From positions 117,614,001 to 117,678,000 of the forward strand of contig NC_043001.1 of assembly GCF_006345805.1 (NCBI RefSeq): a stretch of 64,000 nucleotides of DNA. The letters run 5' to 3'. Shown one piece after another: positions 35,650-47,119 of this stretch. This DNA comes from Octopus sinensis. Lineage: Eukaryota. The position numbers and the translations under genes are program-made. Each line of letters starts with the position of its first letter. The first letter of the stretch is position 1. Under the pieces are notes generated by a model. That model was given only the letters and a program-made list of their open reading frames with translations. It did not search any database and was not told the DNA's origin.

Positions 35650-36008
35650 CTATTTATGTACGTAGCTATATATGTAGACAGACAGACAGACAGGCAGACA
35701 GACAGACAGACAGACAGATAGAGAGTAAGAAAGTAAGAAGTTGAGGAAAGAAAGTGGTGTTTATGGCGTTTGCAGACCGTCCTACATTGGTGAGATCCAT
35801 TAAAGTTTGAACTTTAACTTGATGATTTACTAAATTATTTGGTGCAGGATATTGTGATGATACATGATACATGAAACTAAAGCATTCTAGTAGATTCTCA
35901 CCCGTCTGTTATCTATGAGCAAGGAACCTAGGACTGCATTATCTAATGTCAATATTATCTAACATTATCTAAGACTTTAGGGCGTAATCTGAAAGAATTT
36001 AGATACTA

Positions 36009-36309
36009 CTAGCAGTATCGCCCGGCGTTGCTCGGGTTTGTAAGGGAAATAACTATATAAGCATTTTTAGAGAGTTACTTCCCTTATATAATAGCAAAAA
36101 ATGCATTAAAAATGGGAAAAAATGATGGTAATTTTTTTTTAAATCGTAGACTCATCGTAGATGTGCGCTAATACCCAGAAGGGCTCGATATGAATCACGA
36201 CTATAAGATACCCGCTTTTGGTTAAACTGCACCGCAAAATGTGGGAGTAGTTAGGAATCTAAATCGTAGGAGACAGACACTCACACAACTTCACTTTTAT
36301 ATATAAAGA
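36009..36309 (-). mobile_element. Non-autonomous Helitron, copy 2
   Basis: Reverse complement of 33724-34020; A|TC...CTAG|T junctions on the minus strand. Confidence 0.88.
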
Positions 36310-36569
36310 TTTCAGTCAGACCCTTCACTAGTTTTTTTTTTTTTTTTTTCCAGAGCCGTTGATCTTCAGGAGATAAGAGCTGGTGTGTCGGTCAAAGATA
36401 TAGGCAGATGAGAACAATAAGAGGTGCAATATTTCAGATGAACAAATAGTTCATCCTCTGTACCAGTGTTGCTGTGGGGGAGGCCTGAGGTCCAAGGAAA
36501 TTTGCATGTTTTGAAAACACCGGGAATAACGAGAGAATCAACAATATCACTTGACCTATTGACATTCAT

Positions 36570-36880
36570 TGGTCAACAGACTCCCCCCAGCCTCTGACAC
36601 CCAAGTGAGGTCTCACCTCCCTCCATTTTTTCTATCGCTACTATAATGACCTTTGTTCTTCCAAGCTGGCTAGTCTCCTACCTCTACTCAGCTACTTCTG
36701 ATCCACTCACCCCGCCACCTTTCGTCACCATTTTTTGCATTCATGCATCTTCAGAGCTTACACACGCCATACATGTTCCTCTTCAGAAAATTGGCCTTCT
36801 GGAATCTTCTCCATGCTCGTGTCTTTCTTGCTGGTGTTGATCTGCTCGAGTTAACGGCATCAAGTCCACCGGTTTTTACT
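36570..36880 (+). mobile_element. CR1-group LINE 3' relic
   Basis: QPLTPK*GLTSLHFFYRYYNDLCSSKLASLLP and a downstream FWNLLP..VF-like segment (cf. SLFYRYY.G.CS.EL; LWNSLP). Confidence 0.62.
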
Positions 36881-36947
36881 TTCTAAGTTTTATCAATTGA
36901 CATAAATTTATTTAATTGTACATGTTGGTACAGTAACTGTACCATAG

Positions 36948-37250
36948 AACGAGGGTGGGCTAAAAAGGTCATAGGCTGACCAAAATACTCTAAGGAACGT
37001 AACCAAATAAGGTTTCTTTTTCAATATAGTTCTCCTTGCGGTCCACACACTTCTTCCATCGGTATTACAGTGCTTGGATCCCATTGCTAAAGAAGCTTTC
37101 ATCCTGGCGGTAAAAAAAAAGTCATCAACAACTAATATGACGTCATCATCATGCCTTTTCTATACAAAATACTGAGGTTATCATCTTTCTTGCAGATGAA
37201 ACGCCATTGGCCTTCTTTGGAGTAGGTGGGGGGCGTTTCCACTGGATACA
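36948..37250 (-). mobile_element. Internally deleted mariner relic
   Basis: TIR-like ACGAGGGTGGGCTAAAAAGG; minus-strand QWKRPPPTPKKANGVSSARKMITSVF and GIQAL*YRWKKCVDRKENYIEK. Confidence 0.8.
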
Positions 37251-37254
37251 TAGA

Positions 37255-37480
37255 TATATATATGTACATACATACATACATACATACATACATACATACA
37301 TACATACATACATTCGTACATACGTACATACATACATACATACATACATACATACATACATACATACATTCGTACATACGTACATACATACATACATGCA
37401 TACATACATACATACATTCGTACATACGTACATACATACATACATACATACATACATACATACATACATTCGTACATACG

Positions 37481-37514
<34 letters not shown>

Positions 37515-37875
37515 CATACATACATTCGTACATACGTACATACATACATACATACATACATACATACATACATACATACATACATTCGTACATACGTACA
37601 TACATACATGCATACATACATACATACATTCGTACATACGTACATACATACATACATACATACATACATACATACATACATACATACATACATTCGTACA
37701 TACGTACATACATACATACATACATACATACATACATTCGTACATACGTACATACATACATACATACATACATACATACATACATACATACATTCGTACA
37801 TACGTACATACATACATACATACATACATACATACATACATTCGTACATACGTACATACATGCATGCATACATAC
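37255..37875 (+). repeat. (TACA)n with 11 periodic TTCGTACATACGTA variant cassettes
   Basis: Direct read; cassette spacing about 44-64 bp. Confidence 0.95.
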
Positions 37876-38137
37876 ATGCATTTAAACATATATACATGCA
37901 TACATATGTTGAATCAGTTTTTGTGATTAACTTTCTTCTCCCTCTTTCTCCCACTCTGTCTTTCTCTTTTCTTTCTCTCTATTTCTCTCTTTCACAGACA
38001 TACACTCACACATGCACACATTTTAACGACTTTTACATATACACCAATATGCACTCACCTGTGTGCCTATATAAACCTAAACGAATACACATAGACAGGT
38101 AGACCTGCAATTACTATTTCAGATACACGAGAGAGTA

Positions 38138-38168
<31 letters not shown>

Positions 38169-38534
38169 CTACACACACACACAACGCACTAACATACACG
38201 TAAGAAGTAACGACAAATTGTCTATGCGCTAATAGAGATAGCAAGCAATTCGCTGGAAATACTATGATCTCCAAAGTAGGAAGGACGCATTCGAAAAAAA
38301 AATTGTCCAAGGTATCAAAAAAAAGTCGGTATGGTTCAGGGCATAAGACTATTTGATCAGGGCTGGCTTGATGGCCATAGAACAAAACAGGTTCTTGCAT
38401 ACCCATACATGCACACAGGCAGCATTTATACACGCATATACGAACATCTATATTATATAAGTTGTGTACGTACACACATATTTAACTGCACATGCATATA
38501 CATTCATAAATACATACTCACACACACACACGCA

Positions 38535-38599
<65 letters not shown>

Positions 38600-38686
38600 T
38601 CTATTGATTCTCCAGAATCACACAACATATTCACTGTATGTTCTAGCTTTATATACATACATGCATATATACATACATAAAGATAG

Positions 38687-38761
<75 letters not shown>

Positions 38762-39402
38762 TCTGCATATGTATCTATGTACGTATCTATACGCACACGC
38801 GCGCACACACCGAACACAATCGGGTATTTCCGTAAAACCTCGCCCTGTCGTCTGCTTTAACCAAATTTTTGAGCCGCGTTCTGGTGATGTCGGAACATGA
38901 CTTCTGCTGTCTCTTTTCTTCAGTAAATTATATATTGTTGCTCGCAGCTCCAGCCTGATTAAAGTAATCGATGACGAAAGGTATGCCAATTATTATTGCT
39001 TTAGCTATAAGTTTTATTGTTTTATATTATTCAATGTGTGCTTCGTTTTAACGAGACAGCTTTGGTAAAATCTGAAGTCGATTTGACTGCTATTTCTAGA
39101 AGTTCCAACGACCGAAGCTAGGCTTGATAATTGACTTTTAAATCAGTAAGCTGTAATTTAATTGAAACCATCACGAAATATCTTTATTTTCGCCTTTTAT
39201 TTTTGTTTCATTATTTGTTACTTTTCGTTAATTTGTCGAATTTCCTTCGCCTTATTACAAAATGCCGTATAAAATGCAAAACATATATTTCAAATCGACT
39301 GAACTTATTTTCATTCATGTCTGTAGAACTGTTGGTGTGGCGATTCGTTTTTGTATTTGGTTTGCAAGATTCTTGATGTGGATTCATGTGTTAGAACAAA
39401 TT

Positions 39403-39865
39403 TTGTTGTGCCTTGGGAGGGTCGTTACGCCAATAATAACACATGCACAGGTTCGATTTACATTTTTATTGTAAGTCAATCGATTAAATATCGAACCAAC
39501 TAGACGATCGTTTATTTGATGTACAGGTTAAAGAATCAATCGGTTGTTTCTCTGACAAAGTTTTTTCATTGCTGTTCGCGACCATTTCAATGACTCAAAC
39601 TCGCACTCCGAGGTGAGCAGACATCAGAGTAGACCTCAGAGCAAGATAAAAGGGACACCAAGGGACTAAAAAGGTCGCGAAAAGCGGCGACATAAATTTG
39701 ACAAACAAATAACGAGTATGGATAATAAGCAGAACATTAACAAACGATCGATTAGATCGATTAGTTGGTTAGATATTTAACCAGTTGACTAACAATAAAG
39801 AAGTGGAATTGAACGTGTGCGTGTATTATTATTATTGCTTTGATGACCCTTACAAGACACAACAA
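39403..39865. mobile_element. Old foldback/MITE-like element with about 115-bp diverged inverted arms
   Basis: 39403-39515 aligns with the reverse complement of 39742-39865 (TTGTTGTG.CTTG..AGGGTC...CAATAATAA...CAC..GTTC.ATT..CTTTATTGT.AGTCAA....TTAAATATC.AACCAACTA). Confidence 0.7.
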
Positions 39866-39883
39866 CATACATACATACATACA

Positions 39884-39918
<35 letters not shown>

Positions 39919-39937
39919 GTATATATGCGTGCATATG

Positions 39938-39969
<32 letters not shown>

Positions 39970-40023
39970 CGTTCATGTATACATATGTTGAATCGGTTTT
40001 TGTGACTGATTCTCTCTCTCCCT

Positions 40024-40056
<33 letters not shown>

Positions 40057-40192
40057 GCACACACATGCGCAAACACACTCACACCACACACACACACACA
40101 ACATATTCACTGTACTCTTTCACTCGCTTTATATACATACATTCATACATACGTACGTAAATACGTACATATATGTTATGTGAATGTATATG

Positions 40193-40235
<43 letters not shown>

Positions 40236-40271
40236 TGGTGTGTGTGTGTGTGTGGTGTGTGTGTGTGTGTG

Positions 40272-40627
40272 TATAATAGATAATAAAACGAATGGTTTAC
40301 ACCTGGTAGCTTACTGGTAAAGCATGATCACTTTCAGAGTGATCTTTAGGTATATAACAAATGAAAGACAGAAGATGGAATGTACGAGAATTTATCATTA
40401 ATCACGACAATTATGTATGTATGTATGTATGTATGTATGTATGTGTGTATGTATATATGTATGTGTGTGTGTGTATGTATGTATGTATGTATGTATGTAT
40501 GTATGTATGTGTGTATGTATGTATGTATGTGTGTATGTATGTGTGTATGTATATATGTATGTGTGTGTGTATGTATGTATGTATGTATGTATGTATGTAT
40601 GTATGTATGTGTGTATGTATATATGTA

Positions 40628-40658
<31 letters not shown>

Positions 40659-41542
40659 ATGTATGTATGTGTGTATGTATGTATGTATGTATGTATGTAT
40701 GCATGTATGTATGTATGTATGTATGTGTGTATGTATGTATGTATGTGTGTGTGTATGTATGTATGTATGTATGTATGTATGTGTGTATGTATGTATGTAT
40801 GTGTTTATGTATGTATGTATGTATGTGTGTATGTATGTATGTATGTATGTATGTATGCATGTATGCATGTATGTATGCATGTATGCATGTATGTATGCAT
40901 GTATGTATGTATGTATGTATGTATTTATACGAACGCTTCCCCCCCTACACACACACACACAAACCATCGCACGGTCGGGTGTTTCCGTGAAAGCTCGCCC
41001 TGTCGTCTGCTTTAACCAAATTTTTGAGCTGCGTTCTTGTTTGACGCCGATACACAATGGCCGCCTCTGTTGTCTAACTTTTGCAGGTCTAACTCTGATT
41101 AGGCCAATATATGATGAAAAGTATGCCAACCATACCGTCCAGATGTATTTATTTTATTGTTTCGGCAATAATATATCTCGTATTACATTATTCAACGTGT
41201 GCTTTGTTTTATCAATTCGGTATCGTGCAATTTGGTTCTTGTATCTAGGAAGTTGAACAACTTAATTGTAGGCTACAAAATTGACTGATAGGTAAGTAAG
41301 TTGTGATGTTATTCTTTTACTTTTCATTGTTTGGTCTATTTCTTACCTATTCAAATATTTGTTGAACTTATCTTGTTTTATTACAAAATGTTGTATAAAG
41401 TGCAAAACGGGTATCGATGTTGGTGGGGGGGGGTAGTCCACACTTTTATATTTGTAGTTATAAGTATGGTGCGTGAGAATGAGTGTGCGTGTGTGTGTGT
41501 GTGTATGTGTGTGTGTGTGTGTGTAGGTGTGTGTGTGTGGTG

Positions 41543-41573
<31 letters not shown>

Positions 41574-42630
41574 TGTGTATAATAGATAATAAAACGAATG
41601 GTTTACACCTGGTAGCTTACTGGTAAAGCATGATCACTTTCAGAGTGATCTTTAGGTATATAACAAATGAAAGACAGAAGATGGAATGTACGAGAATTTA
41701 TCATTAATCACGACAATTATGTATGTATGTATGTGTGCATGTATGTATGTATGTATGTATGTATGTATGTATGTATGTATGTATGTATGTATGTATATAT
41801 GTATGTGTGTGTGTATGTATGTATGTATGTATGTATGTATGTATGTATGTGTGTATGTATGTATGTATGTATGTATGTATGTATGTGTGTATGTATGTAT
41901 GTATGTATGTATGTATGCATGTATGTATGTATGTATGCATGTATGCATGTATGTATGCATGTATGTATGTATGTATGTATGTATGTATGCATGTATGCAT
42001 GTATGTATATATGTATGTATGTATTTATACGAACGCCCCCCCCCTACACACACACACACAAACCATCGCACGGTCGGGTGTTTCCGTGAAAGCTCGCCCT
42101 GTCGTCTGCTTTAACCAAATTTTTGAGCTGCGTTCTTGCTTGACGCCGATACACAATGGCCGCCTCTGTTGTCTAACTTTTGCAGGTCTAACTCTGATTA
42201 GGCCAATATATGATGAAAAGTATGCCAACCATACCGTCCAGATGTATTTATTTTATTGTTTCGGCAATAATATATCTCGTATTACATTATTCAACGTGTG
42301 CTTTGTCGAATATCAATTCGGTATCGTGCAATTTGGTTCTTGTATCTAGGAAGTTGAACAACTTAATTGTAGGCTACAAAATTGACTGATAGGTAAGTAA
42401 GTTGTGATGTTATTCTTTTACTTTTCATTGTTTGGTCTATTTCTTACCTATTCAAATATCTGTTGAACTTATCTTGTTTTATTACAAAATGTTGTATAAA
42501 GTGCAAAACGGGTATCGATGTTGGTGGGGGGGGGTAGTCCACACTTTTATATTTGTAGTTATAAGTATGGTGCGTGAGAATGAGTGTGCGTGTGTGTGTG
42601 TGTGTATGTATGTGTGTGTGTGTGTGTGTG
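40272..42630 (+). repeat. Recent tandem duplication (unit 1 40272-41577; unit 2 41578 to about 42630)
   Basis: TATAATAGATAATAAAACG at 40272 and 41578. Unique parts differ at only about 3-4 sites; the internal (TATG)n differs in length by about 200 bp. Confidence 0.93.
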
Positions 42631-43990
42631 TGAGTGAGTGAGTGAGTGAGTGAGTGAGTGAGTGAGAGAGTGAGTGAGTGAGTGAGTGAGTGAGTGAGTG
42701 AGTGAGTTAGTGAGTGAGTGAGTGAGTGAGTGAGTGAGTGAGAGAAAGTTGTTACTTAGAAAGTAGACCAAAATATGTTCATCTTACAATCAGTTGATCC
42801 TGTTTCTTTCTCAGTGAAGGGCTCAAATACAGCCCCTTTTCTCCGTGTGCATATATGGATACGTATGCATACATATGTTGAAAATGAACCCCCGCATACA
42901 CATTCATCGTTTTTAAAAAACATTATTTAAGAACATTACTTAAAAGTTGTTTTTTTTGGGGGGGGGGGATTGCTTCAACAGCAATGCAATAAGGTCGGGA
43001 GATACCGATGTTTTTAGTAATATTACCACGAGGACTAGAAATGAAATAAAAGCGTCAACTTGAAGCAACCGTTTTCGAATGTCGTCGTTCACAGGTTTTT
43101 AAACGAAAGAATTTAACGATAAGCGTTTTTTTTTCAAACTTTCATTTCGTATTTCAAAAAATATTCAGGTTTGATAATCGGAAACGAGCAATTCGGAGAA
43201 CTGGAAATCGGGACCTTTCAATTAGAATGTATTAAGGAATACCCTACATTTGTACTGACTCCTGTAATTTCTCGTTTCTGGAGGTTTGTGTGTGTGTGCG
43301 TGTGTGTGTGTGTGTGTGCGTGTGTGTACATTTGTATGTATGTATGTACGTATGGATACACACACATGCGCACACTTGTATACTTACATGCACGCGTACG
43401 TACATATAGCGAGTCATTTTTCGAAACTACCTCTCTTCCTCATCTTACTCTCTATTCTTTCTCTCTCTCTCTCTCTCTCACTTTCTTTCTTTCTTTCGCC
43501 ACCTCCTCTCTTCCGGACACATACACGTTAAAGCAAGAATAATCGGCTGTTTCCGTTAAACAATCGTAATATCGTCTGCTTCAACCAAATTTACAATAGT
43601 CTTACCGTTTCAATTGAACAGTTTTTGTCTCGTTCAAAGAATTTAGATTCTTGCCTTGTAACTTAATATTTAATCAGCTAACTGTAAACAATATTTTAGG
43701 TTGTCATTGAATTGTTTATTGCATCTCGTCTTCCACTCTAAAATCTCTCTTAATCAATGCTCTTATATTCCATTAGCATCTAAAATTTTATGCAAGCAAA
43801 TAGAAGTACCCGTAACTATACAAAGATAAAATTAACGTAGAAAAGTGTATATGTATCTAATATAAGTGAATTTATGTATTGAAATATGTGAATTACTGCA
43901 AATAATGTAACACATTAATTTAAAGTGTATATTATTCTATAAATCAATTAGGTGAATATTATATATATAATATAGCACATTGATTTAGCA

Positions 43991-44176
43991 CACTTTTTTG
44001 ATCGCGGGCCGCACAGTGCGTCTTTGGAACCTTGGCGGGCCTCATTTATAAAAATCAAGTGAAAATATTGTGAATTACCGTACAGTTACGAAGTATCTGC
44101 ATAGAAGTTGGGATTCATAAAAGCTCTCGGCGGGCCGCATGAAAACCTATGGCGGGCCGTAGTTTGCCCACCCCTG
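43991..44176. mobile_element. hAT (Buster/Charlie-type) MITE with 8-bp TSD
   Basis: Right TIR GTTTGCCCACCCCTG; four (G)GCGGGCC subterminal motifs; ATTTAGCA at 43983-90 and 44177-84 (nnnTAnnn); left TIR partly deleted. Confidence 0.78.
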
Positions 44177-44495
44177 ATTTAGCATCATTAAAAACTGCAA
44201 AATTGCACTACACAGTATCACACTGCACACTAGTGCGATTGTGGAACGCCTATTTCTGAATATGAGATGTGGAATTTAGAGTGTATAGTGTGGAAAGTGG
44301 AACAGAGTTCTTCAAGAGGAAGACTAACATATTGCAATAGTACACTTCACTGTACGATTAAGTGGGGAATGTGAAATGTGAATTATGGAGTGTGGCCAGC
44401 AACTTAGAAGAGTGTCACACTGCACAAAAACACATGCACATTTTCTCTCACACACAATTTCTCTTACACTCATACACATTCTCACATCCATGCTT

Positions 44496-44530
<35 letters not shown>

Positions 44531-45050
44531 CACACGCACACATACACTAATGTATCTGCAACACGCGTGCGCACAAACACATGCACATATGGATGCACAA
44601 TCATCCACACAGACACACTGAAATGCGTTTGCACAAATAATACTCGCACGTGCACTGCCTAAGAAGTGATACTCTACGTCATGCAACAAGTGGCAACCAA
44701 ATTCCCACACAACACACCTATCATCTTAACAGCAGAAAAGAGACATTAGACACAATGTCGTACACAATCACATTTGTACACACACAAGCACACACACACA
44801 CACACACCACACACACACACACACAAACACACATGCTTTTATCAAATTCTCAATCACTGATGTCTGTTCTAGTTTAAAGATTGTACATGTGCATACATAT
44901 TCATCTGAATATATAGATATAAATCCATATCTACCTATCTATCTATTTTTTAACAAAACTGTCCGACGAACGGGAACGTGAAACTCTGAGTAACAGCTTT
45001 TGTTATATTTCTGCTGCTTTTAAATAAAGCATATCTATCTATCTATCTAT

Positions 45051-45090
<40 letters not shown>

Positions 45091-45485
45091 CTAGCAGTAT
45101 CGCCCGGCGTTGCTCGGGTTTGTAAGGGAAATAACTATATAAGCATTTTTAGAGATGTAAAGTATAATAGCCATCTCAATATGGCTAACCACAAAGGGGG
45201 GGGTGTTACTGTAGCGTTTTACGTTATGAGATTTAATAATAAATTTTTAGAGAGTTACTTCCCTTATATATGCCAAAAATGCATTAAAAATGGGAAAAAT
45301 TGATGGTAATTTTTTTTTTAAATCGTTGACTCATCGTAGACGCGCGCTAATACCCAGAAGGGCTCGATATGAATCACGACTATAAGATACCCGGTTTTGG
45401 TTAAACTGCACCGCAAAATGTGGAAGTAGTTAGGAATCTAAATCGTAGGAGACAGACAGCACACAACCTCACTTTTATATATAAA
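45091..45485 (-). mobile_element. Non-autonomous Helitron, copy 3 (98-bp extra internal segment)
   Basis: CTAGCAGTATCGCCCGGCGTTGCTCGGG at 45091 within (TA)n; extra segment 45156-45253. Confidence 0.88.
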
Positions 45486-45990
45486 CTAGCAGTATCGCTC
45501 GGCGTTGCTCGGGTTTGTAAGGGAAATAACTATATAAGCATTTTTAGAGAGTTACTTCCCTTATAGATGCCAATTCGGGCTTTCTTAGCCATTTCTGTTT
45601 TGGTGTCTTCAAGCCATGAAGTCGTTGTTCTAAAAGAACGCTGGTCTCCTTGACAACGCTTTACGACGTTGATTTCCTTACACTCCCTTCCCCACAGCTT
45701 CACGAGGGAGGGAAGAAGGGGGAGAAGCAAACAGGTGCAGGTGTGACCATGGACACCAACTCCGCCGCCATCGACACACGAAAAATTATGCATTAAAATG
45801 GAAAAAAAAATGATGTTAAATTATTTTTAAAATCGTAGACTCATCGTAGGCGCGCGCTAATATACAGACGGGCTCGATATGAATCACGACTATAAGATAC
45901 CCGAATTTGGTTAAACTGCACCGCAAAATATGGGAGTAGTTAGGAATCTAAATCGAAGGGGACAGACACTCACACAACTACAGTTTTATA
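45486..45990 (-). mobile_element. Non-autonomous Helitron, copy 4, head-to-tail with copy 3 (about 210-bp extra internal segment)
   Basis: A second CTAG end at 45486 directly abuts the 5' end of copy 3; unrelated GC-richer insert at about 45574-45780. Confidence 0.85.
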
Positions 45991-46004
45991 TATATATATA
46001 TATA

Positions 46005-46143
46005 TATATGTTTGACAGCGGCCATGCTGGAACATTGCCTTTAGTCGAATATTTCGACCCCAGGACTTATTCTTTGTAAGCCTAGTACTTATTCTATCGA
46101 TGTCTTTTGCCGAACCGCCAGGTTACGGGGACGTAAACACACC
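46005..46143 (-). mobile_element. SINE family A tail, truncated by the family 2 retrozyme
   Basis: GCGGCCATGCTGG...CGACCCCAGGACTTATTCTTTGTAAGCCTAGTACTTATTC...CGTAAACACACC. Confidence 0.85.
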
Positions 46144-46219
46144 ATCATCAACGTCACCAGAAGGGCTGACGCCATCACGGCGTCCTCTAGCCTGCAAAGG
46201 GAGATCATTCCCCGAAGAA

Positions 46220-46285
46220 GCGGATGCCACATACGGATCCAGGTTTCAAGGTGTTTGCCTCTCGTCAACGTATGGCAGGCACCGC
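46220..46285 (-). ncRNA. Type I hammerhead ribozyme variant (family 2, inverted copy; AUC triplet)
   Basis: As 46561-46626, but G16.2 is changed to A (GAAAC-CUGG-AUC); probably impaired. Confidence 0.7.
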
Positions 46286-46560
46286 CCCTCGACGAACGAC
46301 TCTCTGTGCAGGCTATCTATATAAAAATTGGTGACGTTGATGATCGCCTGGGGCTAAATGCATCAGTAACACCCCCACCGCCCTGCCCTGTCCCTAGCCA
46401 TATTCGGATGGCTAACGTCCCTTATGTTATGGAGCAGTTACTGTATATACCTCGTTTAGAGAATTATTATTGCTGTCGAACAGATTTTCTACATCAGTAA
46501 ATGTATTTACTGTGAAAATCTTTATATAGATAGCCTGCACAGAGAGTCGTTCGTCGAGAG

Positions 46561-46626
46561 GCGGTGCCTGCCATACGTTGACGAGAGGCAAACACCTTGA
46601 AACCTGGGTCCGTATGTGGCATCCGC
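46561..46626 (+). ncRNA. Type I hammerhead ribozyme variant (family 2)
   Basis: Stem I CAUACG/CGUAUG, with distal GCGG-UGCC/GGCA-U-CCGC across a UGC/U loop; core UUGACGA (C3 to U); stem II GAGG-CAAACA-CCUU; GAAAC-CUGG-GUC; cleavage after 46610. Confidence 0.82.
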
Positions 46627-46830
46627 TTCTTCGGGGAATGATCTCCCTTTGCAGGCTTGAGGACGCCGTGATGGCGTCAGCCCTTCTGGTGACGTTGATG
46701 ATCGCCTGGGGCTAAATGCATCAGTAACACCCCCACCGCCCTGCCCTGTCCCTAGCCATATTCGGATGGCTAACGTCCCTTATGTTATGGAGCAGTTACT
46801 GTATATACCTCGTTTAGAGAATTATTATTG

Positions 46831-46887
<57 letters not shown>

Positions 46888-47119
46888 ATATATTAGGACT
46901 CAGGTGAACAACGTAGGTCGTGGTATCACTATATATGCACTTGCCGTGGATTTTTGAAAATCTTTGATAATTTAAAAAATTGTTTAATGTTTTTAAATAT
47001 TTTTAGATGTTCCTAATACTGTGGTTCGTGTACTCGTCTGTAGAAAACGGTTTTTATAACGATATCAATTTAAAATTTTTTTGGAAACATGTAATGAATT
47101 GACACCTTTCCGGGTGTGT

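Larger units (their letters stand above)
46144..46832. mobile_element. 358-bp hammerhead-containing repeat (candidate retrozyme family 2): inverted 185-bp segment plus about 1.4 direct units
   Basis: Period 358 (GGTGACGTTGATGAT at 46330 and 46688); 46144-46328 is the reverse complement of 46518-46702; clear homology to family 1; (TA)n at the 3' end. Confidence 0.88.
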
